DNA of 64,000 bases from Malacoraja senta (lineage: Eukaryota), in contig CM075989.1 in NCBI GenBank assembly GCA_038087875.1, forward strand, positions 11,036,001 through 11,100,000. The letters are read 5' to 3'. A program made the translations under genes and the position numbers. Shown here piece by piece: positions 1 through 14,237 of the stretch (its first letter is position 1; every line of letters starts with the position of its first letter). The notes beneath the pieces are model-generated. The model was not told the DNA's origin. It worked only from the letters and a program-made list of their open reading frames with translations, and made no database searches.

Positions 1-701
1 ACATCTCAGTCTTCAATTCTTTCAGATATTTAACTAAATGCTTGTTAATCACTCCGTTTGGCAGCAAGCTCCACATTCTCAGCACTCTCAGCGTTAGCAA
101 TCTCCTCAATTCCGACTGGATTTTTAGTGACCACGTTGTTAGTCCCTTGATTTAGTTTTGCCTTCAGACTGAAATATCCCTGCAACCACCTGATCAAATC
201 CTTTTGTAATATAAAAGGGGTAAAGTCATCCTTCAGTTTTCTGCAAGCTCTGCTTTGTGCTCTGATAAAGGCGCTATTATTACTGCTATTATCTTCACAC
301 ATCAAAGCGTTGGCAACAGCACAATGGACATTTTAGCGTGGAAAATACAATGATACTCACTCCGTCACACATATTTGACCAAGTGAACGCAATCAAAGTT
401 CTCTAAAATGGTCCAGCGAGAAGCAACTGGGATGAAGTAGATTGTTTCTATTTTTACATCAGGTTTCTAGCACCTGATGTTTTTGATTTCATTTCACTTC
501 TCATTTCTGAAGGGCAACTTTCTCCACACAGAGGGTGGTATGTATGTGGAACGTGCTGCCTACTTTCAAATGAGAAATGTCGAACTGGGTTACAGAGGGC
601 TGCAACTGTCCCCAACATCTCCAGCTTCTGCAGAATGAAGGAACAAAACTCTGAAGACTCGGCGCAGAGCAACAATAATTCAGGAAGTTAATCAAACTTG
701 C

Positions 702-874
702 CAAACAATCGAAGGAGATGTGGTGCTCCGTAAATCTGTGCCATAGATGCATCAGGGTGATCTGCCAGGATCTCTGCATATTGTGGACGCTCAAATTTGT
801 ACAGCAGCTGAGTCCCCAACATCACATTGAAGTATTCCTTTATTCCTGCAACTACTTCATTAACAGCATATTCC
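702..874 (-). CDS. MORF4L1: MORF4L1 coding exon 10 (MRG domain: [57 protein letters not shown])
   Basis: Manual translation matches vertebrate MRG15. 173 nt; ttttcag acceptor, GC-type donor (TTG|gcaagt). Downstream exons are outside the window. Confidence 0.96.
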
Positions 875-2676
875 CTGAAAATGAAAAATCACAACTGAGC
901 AACCAGAACGCCACAATCAGTTTCTGTCATTGGAAATGATCAGGGTACCAGAGCAACCCCAAGATGAAGTTTTATTGGGTAGATTGAATTTATTATCAGA
1001 GGGTTCATGAACCTTGGAATTCACCACCGCAAGGAACAGCAGAGGTGGAGTAACTGAATACATCCAAGATGGAGTTGCTCCGCCGGTCAGGCAGCATCTC
1101 TGAAGGAAATGGATTCATGACGGTTTGGGTGAGGACCCTTCTTCTGACTGATTGTAGTGTGGGGAGAGGAGGGGGGGGGGCGAGAAACTGAAAGTGAGTT
1201 TTTTAAAAACATGACAAATCAGGGTCAGCAACAGATAACCTCAGGCAAGGAGGTTCTCCGCTACGCTAATTGTTGGCTAGAGATGGTGCGTGCCCAAGTG
1301 GGATACATCATTGCGAACTTTAGAACTAGTTAATGAACTTTCTTCTCGTATCCAGTCCCCCCCACACCCCACTCCAATCAGTCTGAAGAAGGTTACCAGC
1401 TCAAAACATCAAATCCATTTTCTCCCGAGATGCAGCCTAATCTGCTGAGTGTCTATCTTTCATATAAACCAGCATCTGCGGTTCCATTATATTACATTCA
1501 AGATGGAGATTGACAAACATTCAAATTGAACTAGAGCAAAGGGTCATATGAAAGTCGTGCTGAAGCCAAGATTGAATTATCCAATATATTATTAAAGGTT
1601 GGAGCACATGGGAGGGGTCAATTGGCCAAATAGTTTTCTAATTTTCCAATATTAAAAATAATCCAATCCATACAGGTCCATATTGTTTGCCAACAATTCC
1701 CAAAGAATTGTTCAGAATGTTGCAGCTGTTCCTTTATTCCAAATAATTCAGTAGAGAGGGGACAAAGCATTGATAAAGTGAAGGAAATCCAAATAGGAGA
1801 ATGGTCAAGCATGAAACAAAGTTAAAAGCCAAAAGCAGCTGAATCAGAACAATATGGGAAAAAAAAGAAATGGCTGAGAAATTAAGAGCATTTTATTGGT
1901 CTTCATGAAGTATACAGAAATGTTCTGTACCGACTCAAACTATCGCTATCTTATGGTAACTACAGAATTCTGAAGTGTTTGACAAGGTAGTTGCAGAGTT
2001 CTGGTGTGTAGAACCAGAGATCAAGAAAACAAGTGCTCTGGAGAAAGGTTGTGGGTGAGTAATTCAAAAGACAGAGTGTAAGATATTAATGGAATTGAGA
2101 GAGAGATAGATTAATTGAAGAATCAAAGGATATGTTTAGAATAGTAAACAAACTCCAAGGTAAAAGAACAGCCATGTTTGCAATTAAGACTTGGTCCTGC
2201 TTCCATTATGTGATACCAATAGAATGTGATCCACAGATATCTTGACAGTAATAATATCTACACTTATTTTAGTTCTGATGAAAGAACATTGAAATGAAAT
2301 GTTATCATTACTCACTCAGATGCTCTCTGGGCTGCTAATAGTCCCAGCATTTTTGTTTATTTAAAAAACAAAGAGGTAACCATCCATTTTATTTTTGTTT
2401 TCAAGCAAAACCATTCATCCAAGGTGGAGATGTGGAACAGATTCATGAAATGGTCACTGATTGTCAACCCTAATGGGTCAGTCACTTTAGAGCATCTCAA
2501 GTTGCCAAAAGACATATTCGATCTTCAAGAATGCTATCCTTACCATGGCAAGTAAAACCAGGAGGAAAGGAGGTCCAGAGAAAGGTCAAGTCTCTCTAGA
2601 GATCCCAATGAAAATTCCAGTATTAGCTTCTCAGTATTTTAAAGTTATATAAGACAGCAAACATAAATACACTCAC

Positions 2677-2768
2677 TTGTTATTGTCAGTGTTCCCACGT
2701 GACTTTTTGTAGTTAGCATACTCTTCCAGAACAGTGTCAACATTCTTTTTAGCAGGCAAGTGAAACAG
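2677..2768 (-). CDS. MORF4L1: MORF4L1 coding exon 9 (LFHLPAKKNVDTVLEEYANYKKSRGNTDNNK)
   Basis: 92 nt, aag|...|gtgagt, phase consistent with neighbours. One extra Asn relative to human MRG15 as I recall it. Confidence 0.96.
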
Positions 2769-3689
2769 CTTTAAAGACATATAATTGCTGATTAGGATGT
2801 ATAGCCATATTACAAATACATGAATGTTGGTCAATACAAACCGGCAACATTAATTCTCAATTATTAAAAGTAACAATTCAAATATATTTAAAATTCTAAT
2901 CATATAAACAAATTTGTAGTTCACCGATCACAACTATTATTTATCCAACCTCAGCAATATTTATTTTCCGCGATGTAAAGAGTGTAAACTCAAAGCAGTT
3001 TTACAATATGTTTTTAAAAAGTGGCTAATGTTTACGAACAATGCCTCAAATGTGTTAACTAATAGACAGAACATAAAGAAAAATGTCAAGGAATTGCAAA
3101 CATGTTGCACTTTTATATCTTGCAAGTGAAATGGTCTGGAATTAGAATCAGAGGATAGGGCCCATACAGTCCACCTCATCTCTGTGGACCCTGCTACCAA
3201 TCTATGCTAATTCCAAATGCCTGCGTTAAGCCATTCCTGTCCAAATGCCTTTTAAGCATTGTAATAGTACAGCGAGTCTCTGGGTTACAAGAGGTCTATC
3301 CCAAGAACTGTATGTGAACTACTTTTTCTGCAAGTCAGAAACAACTAATTTCAATGAATGCTGATTAACATTAAAAATAATTTATTGTTTTTCTGTGTCA
3401 TTACAATGGTGCAGAATCAGAAGGTCCCACATTGAATAACTAGTTTTGATGGCTTTAACGTGTCAATTTATGTTACATGGTTTGATAATGTTACAAATGT
3501 CAATTGAAGAGATTTGTCACGTCAAATCTGTTAACTAACTTCATATATACATTTTTATTTGAAGACTGGCTATCATTCAATTTTACTAGCTGCTACTCTC
3601 ATTCTATAATTCCTGAAGGTGTTTGCATTTCTGAAACTAACTTTTTTTCTTGAAAAATGGATGGGGGAAATTGCATAAAAGTAGGGCAA

Positions 3690-4290
3690 GTAAATCAAGT
3701 CTCCTGAAATCTGCCTCCTTTACTTCCTCTGGCAGTTTGAGCAGAATATTCATTACCCTGTGTGTGAAAAACAACCCCTTCAGATTTCCTTTAAATTTAT
3801 ACCCTCTCACCTTCAACCCGTGCTCTTTCCCTGCCCTGGGATAAAGATTTAAACTATCGATCCTATCTATGCCCATCAATTTTATAAACCTCCATGAGGT
3901 CACTCTTCAACCTTGTATGTTCTAGTGAGAATAAGCACAGTCTATCCAATCTCTCCCATTGCTACAGCCTTCCATTCCAAGTAACATCCTGGTCAATCTT
4001 ATCTGCACTCTCTCGGTGCTACCACATGCTTCCTCTACCGTGATCAAAACTATGCACAATTATGGGCTAACCGATGTCTTGTACATGTCAACTCTTATAG
4101 GTCAATGCTCTGCCTTTGAAGGCAAGCAGACCAAATGCCTATCTATGCGCAACCCCACTTTCAGGGAGGTCTGGACTTGCACCCCAAGGTGAACATCAAC
4201 ATTCCATGCTCCTTGCCATTTACTCTTTGCCCTTTTAGCATCTGTCCATCCCAAGTGCTTTACCTCATACTTGTCTGAATTAAATTGTTA
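3690..4290 (-). mobile_element. Degenerate CR1 fragment
   Basis: FFTHRVMNI...LP motif and CR1-like nucleotide similarity. Confidence 0.7.
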
Positions 4291-6074
4291 ATTTCCTGTA
4301 TTCAGAAAGAAACAGGCTACAACAATTTACAGCAAAATATTTGCAACTAGGTATCAAAATGCAAATGTTATGCTCTAAAGTTACTGAACTAAAGAGATCT
4401 GAACTATTGGAGCATATTCACGTGTTGATACGTATTATTGAAACCCCATCTCATTCACTTCCTTTCCAGAGAGAAAAAAATGTCATCCTTCTACAGTTGA
4501 GGGTTAAGAGCCTGTCCTCTGTCCTGTGAAACAGCTAAGCATCATGCAGCTCAAGAGACCATTAGGGAGGGACCATATACATCAACTTGGACAGCAATAT
4601 TAATGCCCAACAGTTGATCATTCATACACGCTCACACACATCCAACCTCAACAACATATTGAACTTACTCTCCCTCACTGTAAAGCCCATTAGAAATATA
4701 ATAGCTTTGACCATAGCTTGTGCAAAGTCAACTTCTTTATTGACCCCCTGACTAAAGAAACATTAGGTACTGAGCTTAAACCTCCATTGGTATTAGACTG
4801 ACACAGCAATATTATGGTTGGTTTCAAAATGTAAGTCGTGTCAGTCCCGTCCCCTCCCCCAATGAGCTAAACATTAGGAGACAAGGAACTGCAGATGTTG
4901 GAACCTTGAGTAAAAAATACAAAGTGCTGGAAGAACTCAGCAGGTCAGGCAGCATGAGAAGGGAATGGATAGGCAATGTTTCAGATTCCGGTTCCTCCAG
5001 AAAAGGTGCCCAACCTATAATATCACCTATTCATTGCCTCCACAGATCCTGCCTGACCTGCTGAATTATTCGAAGCTTGTTTTACTCAGTGAAACTTGTT
5101 AACTAATCATTTCCAAATTATTATTTTCTCCATAGTTGCAAACCAAAGACTATTTTACTGTATTCTATGAAGTAATAAATTGAGCACATTTAGATGACAA
5201 AGAACATTTCCGGTAATATCCTATTAACTGACTATTTCATGAAATTACTTTCTAGATTCAATTGGATCTGGGAGTGAAATTTTATACATTTTATCAGATG
5301 TAATATCCCCAGGGAAATCTTTTGCTTTAAGAACAGCGGTCATCACTTGCAAGATGCTTAATCTACACAATTTGCTTAGAGTATGATCTCAGAGACAAAA
5401 ACAGATTACTAGAAACCAAAGTTATTTGAAATTTCACCTTTCTACATACAATGAGAAAGGAAAAATGTGGGCAGCTGCTGGAAAATAAAAGGTAGTATTG
5501 GCACATATAGCTCACAACTTTACGATGAGGCAAGGCGTTTTGAGGCTTCTTCTACTCTGTCCCAAAATGTGACACCACCACCAGACTGTACTGCCTGCAA
5601 CGCATTTGTGACAGTCGTTAAACGTGTGGCTATAGGGAAATTGCAAGTTAAATGGTCTTTACTGCTTAAACATTTAATGGCAGTTTTGCTTAGAATTAGG
5701 ACTGAAGCCCTGCAATCTTTCCATTCCATTTCATTAGTCTAACAGTCTGAACCCAAGATGAAAGACAATACTTGCTAAACAATAATACCTTATTTTTTTT
5801 AACTTGAGGCCCACCTAGTAAGGAAGCCCATTTCAACAGAGTAAATGCAAGGAATCCTGAGCCAGGGCCCACAACAGATCATCCTGCCTGAAAATCTGAG
5901 GTAAACCAATAGTAAAGGAATTAAAAAAAAACTAAAATCACAAAATATTACATGAGGTAGCAGCTCCACCTACCTTTCCATTAAATGCATTTTTACAATT
6001 TATTTAAAACACTCCCTGTAGCTGCAAGCCTTACTCTGTCGTTTAGGTTTAAAGCAAATGGGTGCAGTACTAAC

Positions 6075-6176
6075 CTGTTTTTGACGAGTGATCAGGTCCC
6101 AATCATCCACGAGCCATGGTTTCAACTCCTCTGGTATTTTTACCTTTACTTCAACCCTGTTCATAAATGTCTCCTC
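6075..6176 (-). CDS. MORF4L1: MORF4L1 coding exon 8 ([34 protein letters not shown])
   Basis: 102 nt, cag|...|gttagt; matches the start of the MRG domain. Confidence 0.97.
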
Positions 6177-8196
6177 CTGCAGAAGTCAAAGAATCGCCAA
6201 ATTAAGGATCCCCTCAGATATGTATTTGACATCCATTTTTCAAAATTCCCCATTCGCATACATTGCAATTATTTTTGTTCATTACTACAATTAGAAAACA
6301 AAATGTCCCCACTTATGCCCTCTCAAAGCTGTGACCAGATGAGGGTCCATAGGTATAAGCACCAGGTATGAGTTTGAAGGGGTGCTACGACTGTACTCCA
6401 GCACTGTATACAGATATCTGGTTAGAATTCATCCTGCATTATTTTATTCAGTTGTAGGAAGGATATTTTCACCTTGTGATGGACTGCAGGAACCATTACC
6501 AAAATCATACTGGAAATGATGAAATGCTGGAGGCCTTTTTGCTCAGATACATTTTATATTCCTGCTGAAACTTGGTGCCTTATGTTCAGGGGTGATCTGG
6601 AAGCATATTTTCACACGGTGGAGGCAGAAAACTAAAGTTCTCTTTTCCCACAGAGCTACGGAGTCAGGGGAGACATCGGAAAATTCCAACACTTGGGATT
6701 AGGGATCAGGAATATGCTGATGCAGGCATGGTAATTAATTTATGTGACTAATGTGGCCCAGAGGCCACATTGTTGATCTGTATACACACACATCTATATA
6801 CTTTAATTGGAGCTGGGAATTTTAAATTAAATAAATACATCTGAACTTTATCCAAAAAAGTTTCAGAATTATTGTAAAATGCATGTTCACTTTTGGCATT
6901 CTTATCTGGTCCAGTCTATGTGACACCAGACCCACAACTAACCTCTCAGTTCCAGGGCTGTAAAAATATAAGAATGAGATGCTGGTCTGGCCAGTGATAC
7001 CAACATCACTTGAATAACATTTTACTCACACAATCCCTCTTCCATTGCCTACCAGAGGTTCACGGTCACATCTGCAGAACGAATAAAAGCATTCCCCAAA
7101 ACTGTCACCCAATCTAAGTTTGGTCTCCAGATGTGGAGGACACTGCACCGTGAGCAGCAAATGGATCTTTCAATTTAGTATCCTGTATAAGTAAATAACT
7201 GATGAAGTAAATATCCCGTATACGTAAATAACTCAATAAACAAATGACACAACAACAAATTGATCACAAATTAATATTTGTTGGTGTTGCTTTGGAATTA
7301 ACAGGTCCGCCCCAGGGTACTGCAGGAGTTGCCAAGAACTATTCATAACCCAAACAGTTCACGTAGAAATTGCTAAATGAGTTCCCACCATCAAACCCAT
7401 CCCACCAGTCTCCCAAATACTGGGTGTACACAAGTTGGGCGTTTATAAGTTGTGGGGTTTATGTATACTCTACGACCATCAAACTCTGTTTATTTATTCT
7501 CAGAGAATGTGGTGAACCAGTCCCCTTGACTGATGAAAGTGTTAACGTTTTGTAGGGCTCTATGCCACCCATTCCATAGTGATCACGAACCATAAGACAA
7601 GGGGAAATAACACCTTGTCTTTTCTCCTCCTGCCAAGGCACAACATCCAAATAAGCATGCTTACTTGCAACTGTCTTTGGGCAGTGATCAGGAGCCAAAA
7701 CCATCCATGACTCGTCATCTCCTGAGTTAGATTCAAATTGTGACATGGACTCCCACTTATTTCACATTGCCAATTCCCACTACAGTTGAGATAAGCCATC
7801 TCAAAGTTGAATCCAGAACATTTAGCTCTACATCTTGATTGATCAGGTATCTCAATGTGACAAAGCTCTCAGACGGAGGGAAGTGCGCCAATTGACTACT
7901 GAAATAACCAACATTAAAATGCAACATTTTGAAAGTATGTGTGCTAGTACCAGTTTTTAAAATGCATATCTTTCTGCAATGTACTGTATGATAGATAACA
8001 CACCACATTAAATGACCCATCTCCACTGGGCAACACTGATATATATCAGCACAACTAGGCAATAATGCAGTAATGTTTGGATTTTGAGGTCATACACTAG
8101 TTAAGAATTAAATTTATGCCAGCTTAAATTCTGGCGTTGCTACTGGATATATGGCACACATTCAGTCACTATGTCACATTCCAACAAACTACATAC

Positions 8197-8285
8197 ACTT
8201 TCCATTGTGGGGTCCACTCTTGCCCTTTTCTTCCTGGGTGGTTGTGGAGTTTCACTGGTGCTACTTCCATCACCAGCTGTGGGGG
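8197..8285 (-). CDS. MORF4L1: MORF4L1 coding exon 7 (APTAGDGSSTSETPQPPRKKRARVDPTMES, NLS)
   Basis: 89 nt, ttttag|...|gtatgt; contains the PRKKRAR basic motif. Confidence 0.96.
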
Positions 8286-8754
8286 CTAAAATAAAAAGTT
8301 AAACAGCTTACTTGCAGGCAATTTACCGCTACAAAACAGCATTGGTACTTAAAACATTTTTTTTTTAATTGTAATGTAATTGTCTAATCCATCTGAAAGT
8401 TACAACACATCAACAGTTTGCAGACAGGACTGTCAAAGGTTTAGGCCAATGTATAATGTGTGCAATCACCTGGTTAACCACTGATGAAGTGCTGCACAAA
8501 CTGCCTAGAAAAATGGTCAAACCAATCAAGAAGCTGTAGCCATCAGAATACACACATCCCAAGAATACCAGCAATCAATCTTGAATGTGCTTGATTAATA
8601 CAAGTAGACATCAGCTAGGCAGTTTGAAGACTATTCCAAAAAGAGGAATCCAATATTTGTCAGCTTACTTTATTCTGCAAATCCTCCAAACCCCAAGCCC
8701 AAAATATTTATTGGATCTTGGATATCTACAGAGGAAGTTGCCATTTGATTCACC

Positions 8755-10000
8755 GTCAATAAACATGCGTTCCCACCCCTCCTCCCCTGCTGTGGATGTA
8801 GCCTCCACCCATGTCCCGTAGCTCTATCCTCACTCCCCCTCCCTCCAGAAGGACAAGGATAGAGCTACCCTGGTCTTGGTTCTCACCTTTCACCCCACCA
8901 ATCTCTGCATCCAATACATCATTCCCTGACCTTTCTGCCAACTGCCAGTTCCGGGTTCAATCTCGACTACGGGTGCTGTCTGTAGAGTTTGTACGTTCTC
9001 CCCGTGACCTGCGTGGGTTTTCTCCAAGATCATCGGTTTCCTCCCACACTCCAAAGACATACAGGTATGTAGGTTAATTGGCTTGGTAAATGTAAAAATT
9101 GTCCCTAGTGGATGTAGGATAGTATTAATGTGCGGAGATTGCTGGTTGGCACGGACCTGGTGGGACCAGGTACGTTCCCCTAAGACAACAGGAGATGTAA
9201 CACTTGTCCCTACACCACCTCTCACCTCTATTATGGGACCCTGCAATTTTTCCAGCTGAAGCAGAAGTTCACATGCACCTCTTCAAACCCTGTCCTCTGC
9301 ATACATTGTTCTCAATGTGCTTTCTGTTACATCGGCAAGACTAAGCATAGACCAAACACCTGCGCTCAGCCCACTAAGGCTTGCTGGATCTCCCAGTTGT
9401 TAACCATTTTCGTTCCCCTTCTCATTCCCATGTTGACCTTTTCGTCCTTGGCCTCCTCCATTGCCAGAGTGAAGCCACAGGAAAACTTGGAACAGCACCT
9501 TGTATTCAGCTTGAGTAGCTTAAACCCAATGGTATGAACTTTGAATTCCCTAATTTCACGTAATACCCACCCACCCACCTTCTTTCCCTTTCCCCCCACC
9601 CTGTCGCGCAGAAACATTTCCCAGCATTTCCCACCCCATCCAAGCCACCCAGTTCTTTTTCCCTCCTCTGTACGCTCATCTACCATCCCCTTTCACCCAT
9701 ATCCGGCTTCACATTTCACTCCTCTTTCCTTATCTGACAGCCTTTTGCCCCCTTTTTACCTGTAGACTTTGTCACTTACTCCACCCATCTGCCAATCAAT
9801 CCCCCCACCTTTATCCACCGATCGCTTGCCAGACTTTGTCCCACACCATCTCTTTTCCAGCTTTCTCCCTTGTTCCATTAGTCTGAAGAAGAGCTCCTAC
9901 CCAAATCATCATCTGTCCATTCCCACCACCAATGCTGCCAAGTTCCTACCACATGTTCTTTTACTCAAGATTCCAGCATCTATGATCCCTTGCATCTCCT
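8755..10000 (+). mobile_element. Penelope-like element 3' fragment (GIY-YIG region plus terminal repeat), split by a SINE at ~8950-9170
   Basis: Degenerate GIY-YIG coding remnants, pyrimidine-rich tract, then a CTGAAGAAG terminal motif near 9883. Confidence 0.7.
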
Positions 10001-10997
10001 GATCACCTCTGTTGGCTCCAAGTCATGTTTGGTCCCAGAGCACCAGCTTTATTATAACTAGCAACTTTTCTGATAGTCCTCTGGATCCTAACAATTACAT
10101 TAAAAAGTTTCTCCCAATTGTTCTTCTGCAGTTCATAATCTGACCTCTATTGATCCATTCTCCAAAGATACATTTTTTTCTGCATAGATTTTTACTGCAA
10201 AGTGAAAAAATGCACCGCCATCTGCACCTTGCACTATCACATATTGAAAAAGGCCAATATCGTTTGCCCTTCTGAAAGCTTTAAGAGAAATTCATCAGTC
10301 ACTAATCTTTTCCCTATACAGCTTCAGCCACACAAATGAAGAAATCAGTTAGGCAGTGATAATGATGATCACGTCAAACTGGTTTTAACATCATCACCTG
10401 CGTCAGACCTGTATTCAGCTATTAATCCCAGTATTATACAGTTCAATGAATTAACAAAATGGCAAAAGACTACGCAACGGAGAAAACCATTAAATGCACT
10501 AATGGATGCTCCTCAAAATTAAAAACTAGACAATGAAATGATTTGTGCTATCATTTCAACAATTGACAGCAGTGCTACAGCTAAATCTATTAAGCACTGT
10601 AGGTTACAGTTAGTGTCATACATAGAAGACACTAATAATTTTGAAAAGACTGGGATGTTGCTCTATGTATCATTGCAAAGGCATCAGTTAGTAATGGCAT
10701 AATTATATTTCTGAGATCAAACATCACCAAGAGTAAAAAATGACCATATTCAAAATAATTATACTGGGATGTATTACATCTATACACATGCAAGATGGGG
10801 ACTTCTGGTTAGCATCTCGTTTGTAACAGTGACAGTCTCAGGCTTTTATTGCTCACGTATCTGGTCCCACCTTAATCACAGCTGACACCAGTAAGAAACT
10901 AACTCAAGATCTGGTATGCAAGCAATAACATTTGTCAATTGTTTGAAGGTTCTTCACAATAGCGAAGATTTGAATCATAAGTTTTAAGCAAGCTTAC

Positions 10998-11023
10998 CTT
11001 TCAGTTTATTCTTCTTTGTTTTT
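10998..11023 (-). CDS. MORF4L1: MORF4L1 coding exon 6 (micro-exon KTKKNKLK)
   Basis: 26 nt, tttcag|...|gtaagc; restores the frame between exons 5 and 7. Confidence 0.92.
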
Positions 11024-13055
11024 CTGAAATAAAATAAAAAATTATGAATTGTTTGTCAAACATAAATGCAATTCTGTAGTCTCAATGAAGAAACACTTTC
11101 AAATAGTAAGCCAGCAAATAGATTTTTACTGCAAAGTGAAAAATGCACCGCCATTTGCACCTTGCACTGTATTCAGGAAATTAGTATGAGAAATCAAAAC
11201 TATAAGTTTTCATTGCAACAGACACGTTATCTTATTTAATAATCTTGCTGAAAAACAGTTTCTTAACTTACTTTCTGCTGGTTAGGGACACGGGGATTAT
11301 GTCACTGCTGCAATAGACATTTCTCCTTCCTATTCCTCAAATGTCACGTTCTATCCTTTATATAGCCATAGGCATTGAAGAGACTGCCAGAGCAAACATT
11401 CACTTGGAATGGATTCCCATTAACATTATTCTCATTAATGAGCAAGTAACAATTACGAACATGAATCAATCTATTTAGCCTGTTTGTGCTATCTTTGAAC
11501 CGATGCAAAATGCTTTAATTCCATTTATGACATTTTCTCTGTATGATTTTACATTTCATTTAGATATTCAATGTTATGAAAGTTACTGCTCATTTTTCAA
11601 CTCACGTTGCAAGACGTTCATTTTCCAACATGTGCAAGCAAAATATTTCTATAAATGTTTGCATTTTCTCTCAAATCATCCACTTAACAATTATAGCAAA
11701 CTTAAAAGGTTAACAATATTTGTGACAATTTTTTCATCCTAGTACATTGTCATTTGGAACATGCAGACAATCTACATACCTACGTGAGGCAAGGAAAGAA
11801 GGATGATGATGGGACACATCAAATGTTTACTCTTCCTTACGTTGAAGAGTTTTCAAATGAAACTGCAACAATTTTATTATGAAATTCACTAGGCTTAGGT
11901 CCCAAAACATTCTCCTGTCAGACACGTTTAAGTTGTGTATTAGGGTCAACTGGCTGAGTGCTTGAAGAGTACAAGGACGTTTCAAAGGAACTTTCTGAAA
12001 GTTGAGTTCAGTAGTTTATTTAAAAATCCAAGCAAAACCTTCCTCAAATCAGAATGCCCCAAATATCAGTGTTTAAAAAACCCATCTCACCCACCACAGA
12101 TGAACATTATGAATCTGCAAGTATGCAGATATTTTAACAATGGATGCAAACCTAATTCTTCAGTAGACTTTGGCATGTTGTCAAATAATCTCTTGAATTC
12201 CTACAGGTGTATAGTGGAAAGCCTGGTTCAGTAACTCAAATGTTGAAAAACAAACAAGGCTATAGAAAGTAGTGGACATTGTCCAATCCAGCACAGCTAT
12301 TGACCTCCCCACAAAGGGATCTACAGGAAACACTACATCGAGGCAGCAGCGAATATAAAAAACCCTCACCACCCTGGCCGCACTCGCATCTCACTACAGC
12401 CGTTAGGAAGATGGTACAAAGATTTGAGAACAGTTACCTCCAGGTTCAAGACCAGCCTCACCCCATTAACCATTAGGCTCTTGAACCACTCTGCACAAAC
12501 CTACCTCAACAATGCACCACTATGGATTTTGCGTACAGTTGATTTATTTATGTATTTCAGCTTGCACTATTGTGGTCTGGTTACCCAGTATAACTGATAA
12601 AGATACAATAATAATAATAATAATAATAGATTTTATTTATATAGCGCTTTTCAGGACTAAAAGTCGCTTTTAACAATAAACTATTATTATTTGATTCCAA
12701 TAATTTATTTGGTGTGTTGTTGCATTGATGTGCTTGTAGAGTTTGAGCTGGTAAGAATTTCATTGTTCTGGTCCTGATGCACATGACAATTGAGCACTTG
12801 ACCTGCCTCTATTCAATCCAAACTGTCCACATTAATGCTCTGCAGGAGTTATCTCCCACTCCACTTCATCTCAAAACATCACCATTTTCTTTCAAGCCTT
12901 TCGCCCTTATTTATCTACATTCTATATATTACAGCCATGCCAATGGCCTCAAACGCACAATGTGGATGTGAATTCTCGATTCTTATTACTATAGAAATTC
13001 TCTTGACTTAGCCCATTAATTTATTATCATATATTGATAGATCCAAGTCACTTAC

Positions 13056-13136
13056 ATTTCAACATTCTTTTGTTGCATTGTGGAAGCCTTCTTGGCCGGT
13101 GCAGCGCCCCTCATCTTGCCCTCTGCCCATTGCTCT
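13056..13136 (-). CDS. MORF4L1: MORF4L1 coding exon 5 (EQWAEGKMRGAAPAKKASTMQQKNVE)
   Basis: 81 nt, tttag|...|gtaagt. Confidence 0.96.
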
Positions 13137-14150
13137 CTAAATGGTTAAAAATAAAATCATGAGGCGCTGCTCAAACATCAGCATTAATAGTTTGGAGATT
13201 CATTCATTTATACATCATTAAGTATTCCAGTTCCATGTCATCGTCATTCCAACGATCCATGATAAACTGTTTTGTTCACATTAAAATTGAAAGTACACTA
13301 TGGCAAACTCTCAGTATAATCATATTCTGCTCATAACATGCTCGGCCAATAAGGCAAGTTGTATTGCAAGTGGCCATATTTAAAAAAGCATCATTGTCTG
13401 TAACAATGTGGGATATGGACATTGTGAAAGTCAATGTGTAAATAGGTCGCTCTCCTGCTTTACATAAGTTTACTATTGCATTCTGTCCTTAATAATTCTA
13501 AGTTTCAAGATGGGAAATTATTTCGTTTTTTCGTTTGAGTTACACAACCCAGAAGCAGGTCCTTCAGCTCATAGTGTCCAAGCCGACTGCCCATTTACGC
13601 CAATCTTGTTTTATTCTTCCATTATTCCTGTCAACCGTCCCAAGTTTCAATAATTCACCTGCATAGCAGAGATAGCCATTTGACAGTAGCCAATTAATCT
13701 ACCAAACTAGTATTAGAAAATGGGAGAAAATGTAAGCACTGGGAGGAAACCTATCTCACGAGAAAGTGCAGATTCCATACAGACAGCATTAGAAATCAGA
13801 ATTGAACAAAAGTTGGAACCGAGGCAGCAGTCCTAATCATCGTGCCCTCCTTCCCTTTTAATTATTGCTGTTTTTCTTAGACTTCTCAGACAGTTTTCAA
13901 TTCGGATATAGAATGGGATAAAGAATTTTGGTTAGCTCTTGTACTCCATGCAACAGTGTGTCCATTTTTCTTTGATAACGTTTCCTGAAGGGTTTGAAGG
14001 CATTTTATTATGTTATAGAGGCTGTATAGAGATTGCCGCTTGCCCAACCAATTGAAGAAAAAGTTGGCTTTATCCTAAAATGTTTAATCCACAAGTCCCT
14101 TGGCCAATAAGTTTAATTTCTTCTTTCATCAGTACCACTCACATACTCAC

Positions 14151-14237
14151 TGATTAGCCTTTTGTAGTTCTTTCTGCTTTTGCAGGTTTGTGTCCACATA
14201 CTTCAGCACTCTGCTTTCTGGAACCCATTCATCCCAA
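14151..14237 (-). CDS. MORF4L1: MORF4L1 coding exon 4 (WDEWVPESRVLKYVDTNLQKQKELQKAN, end of chromo barrel)
   Basis: 87 nt, ttttag|...|gtgagt. Confidence 0.97.

Noticed and set aside
45-305. 86-aa ORF as a possible MORF4L1 terminal exon
   Set aside because: Does not match the expected VRIGAMLAYTPLDEK sequence; looks like a decayed LINE tail.
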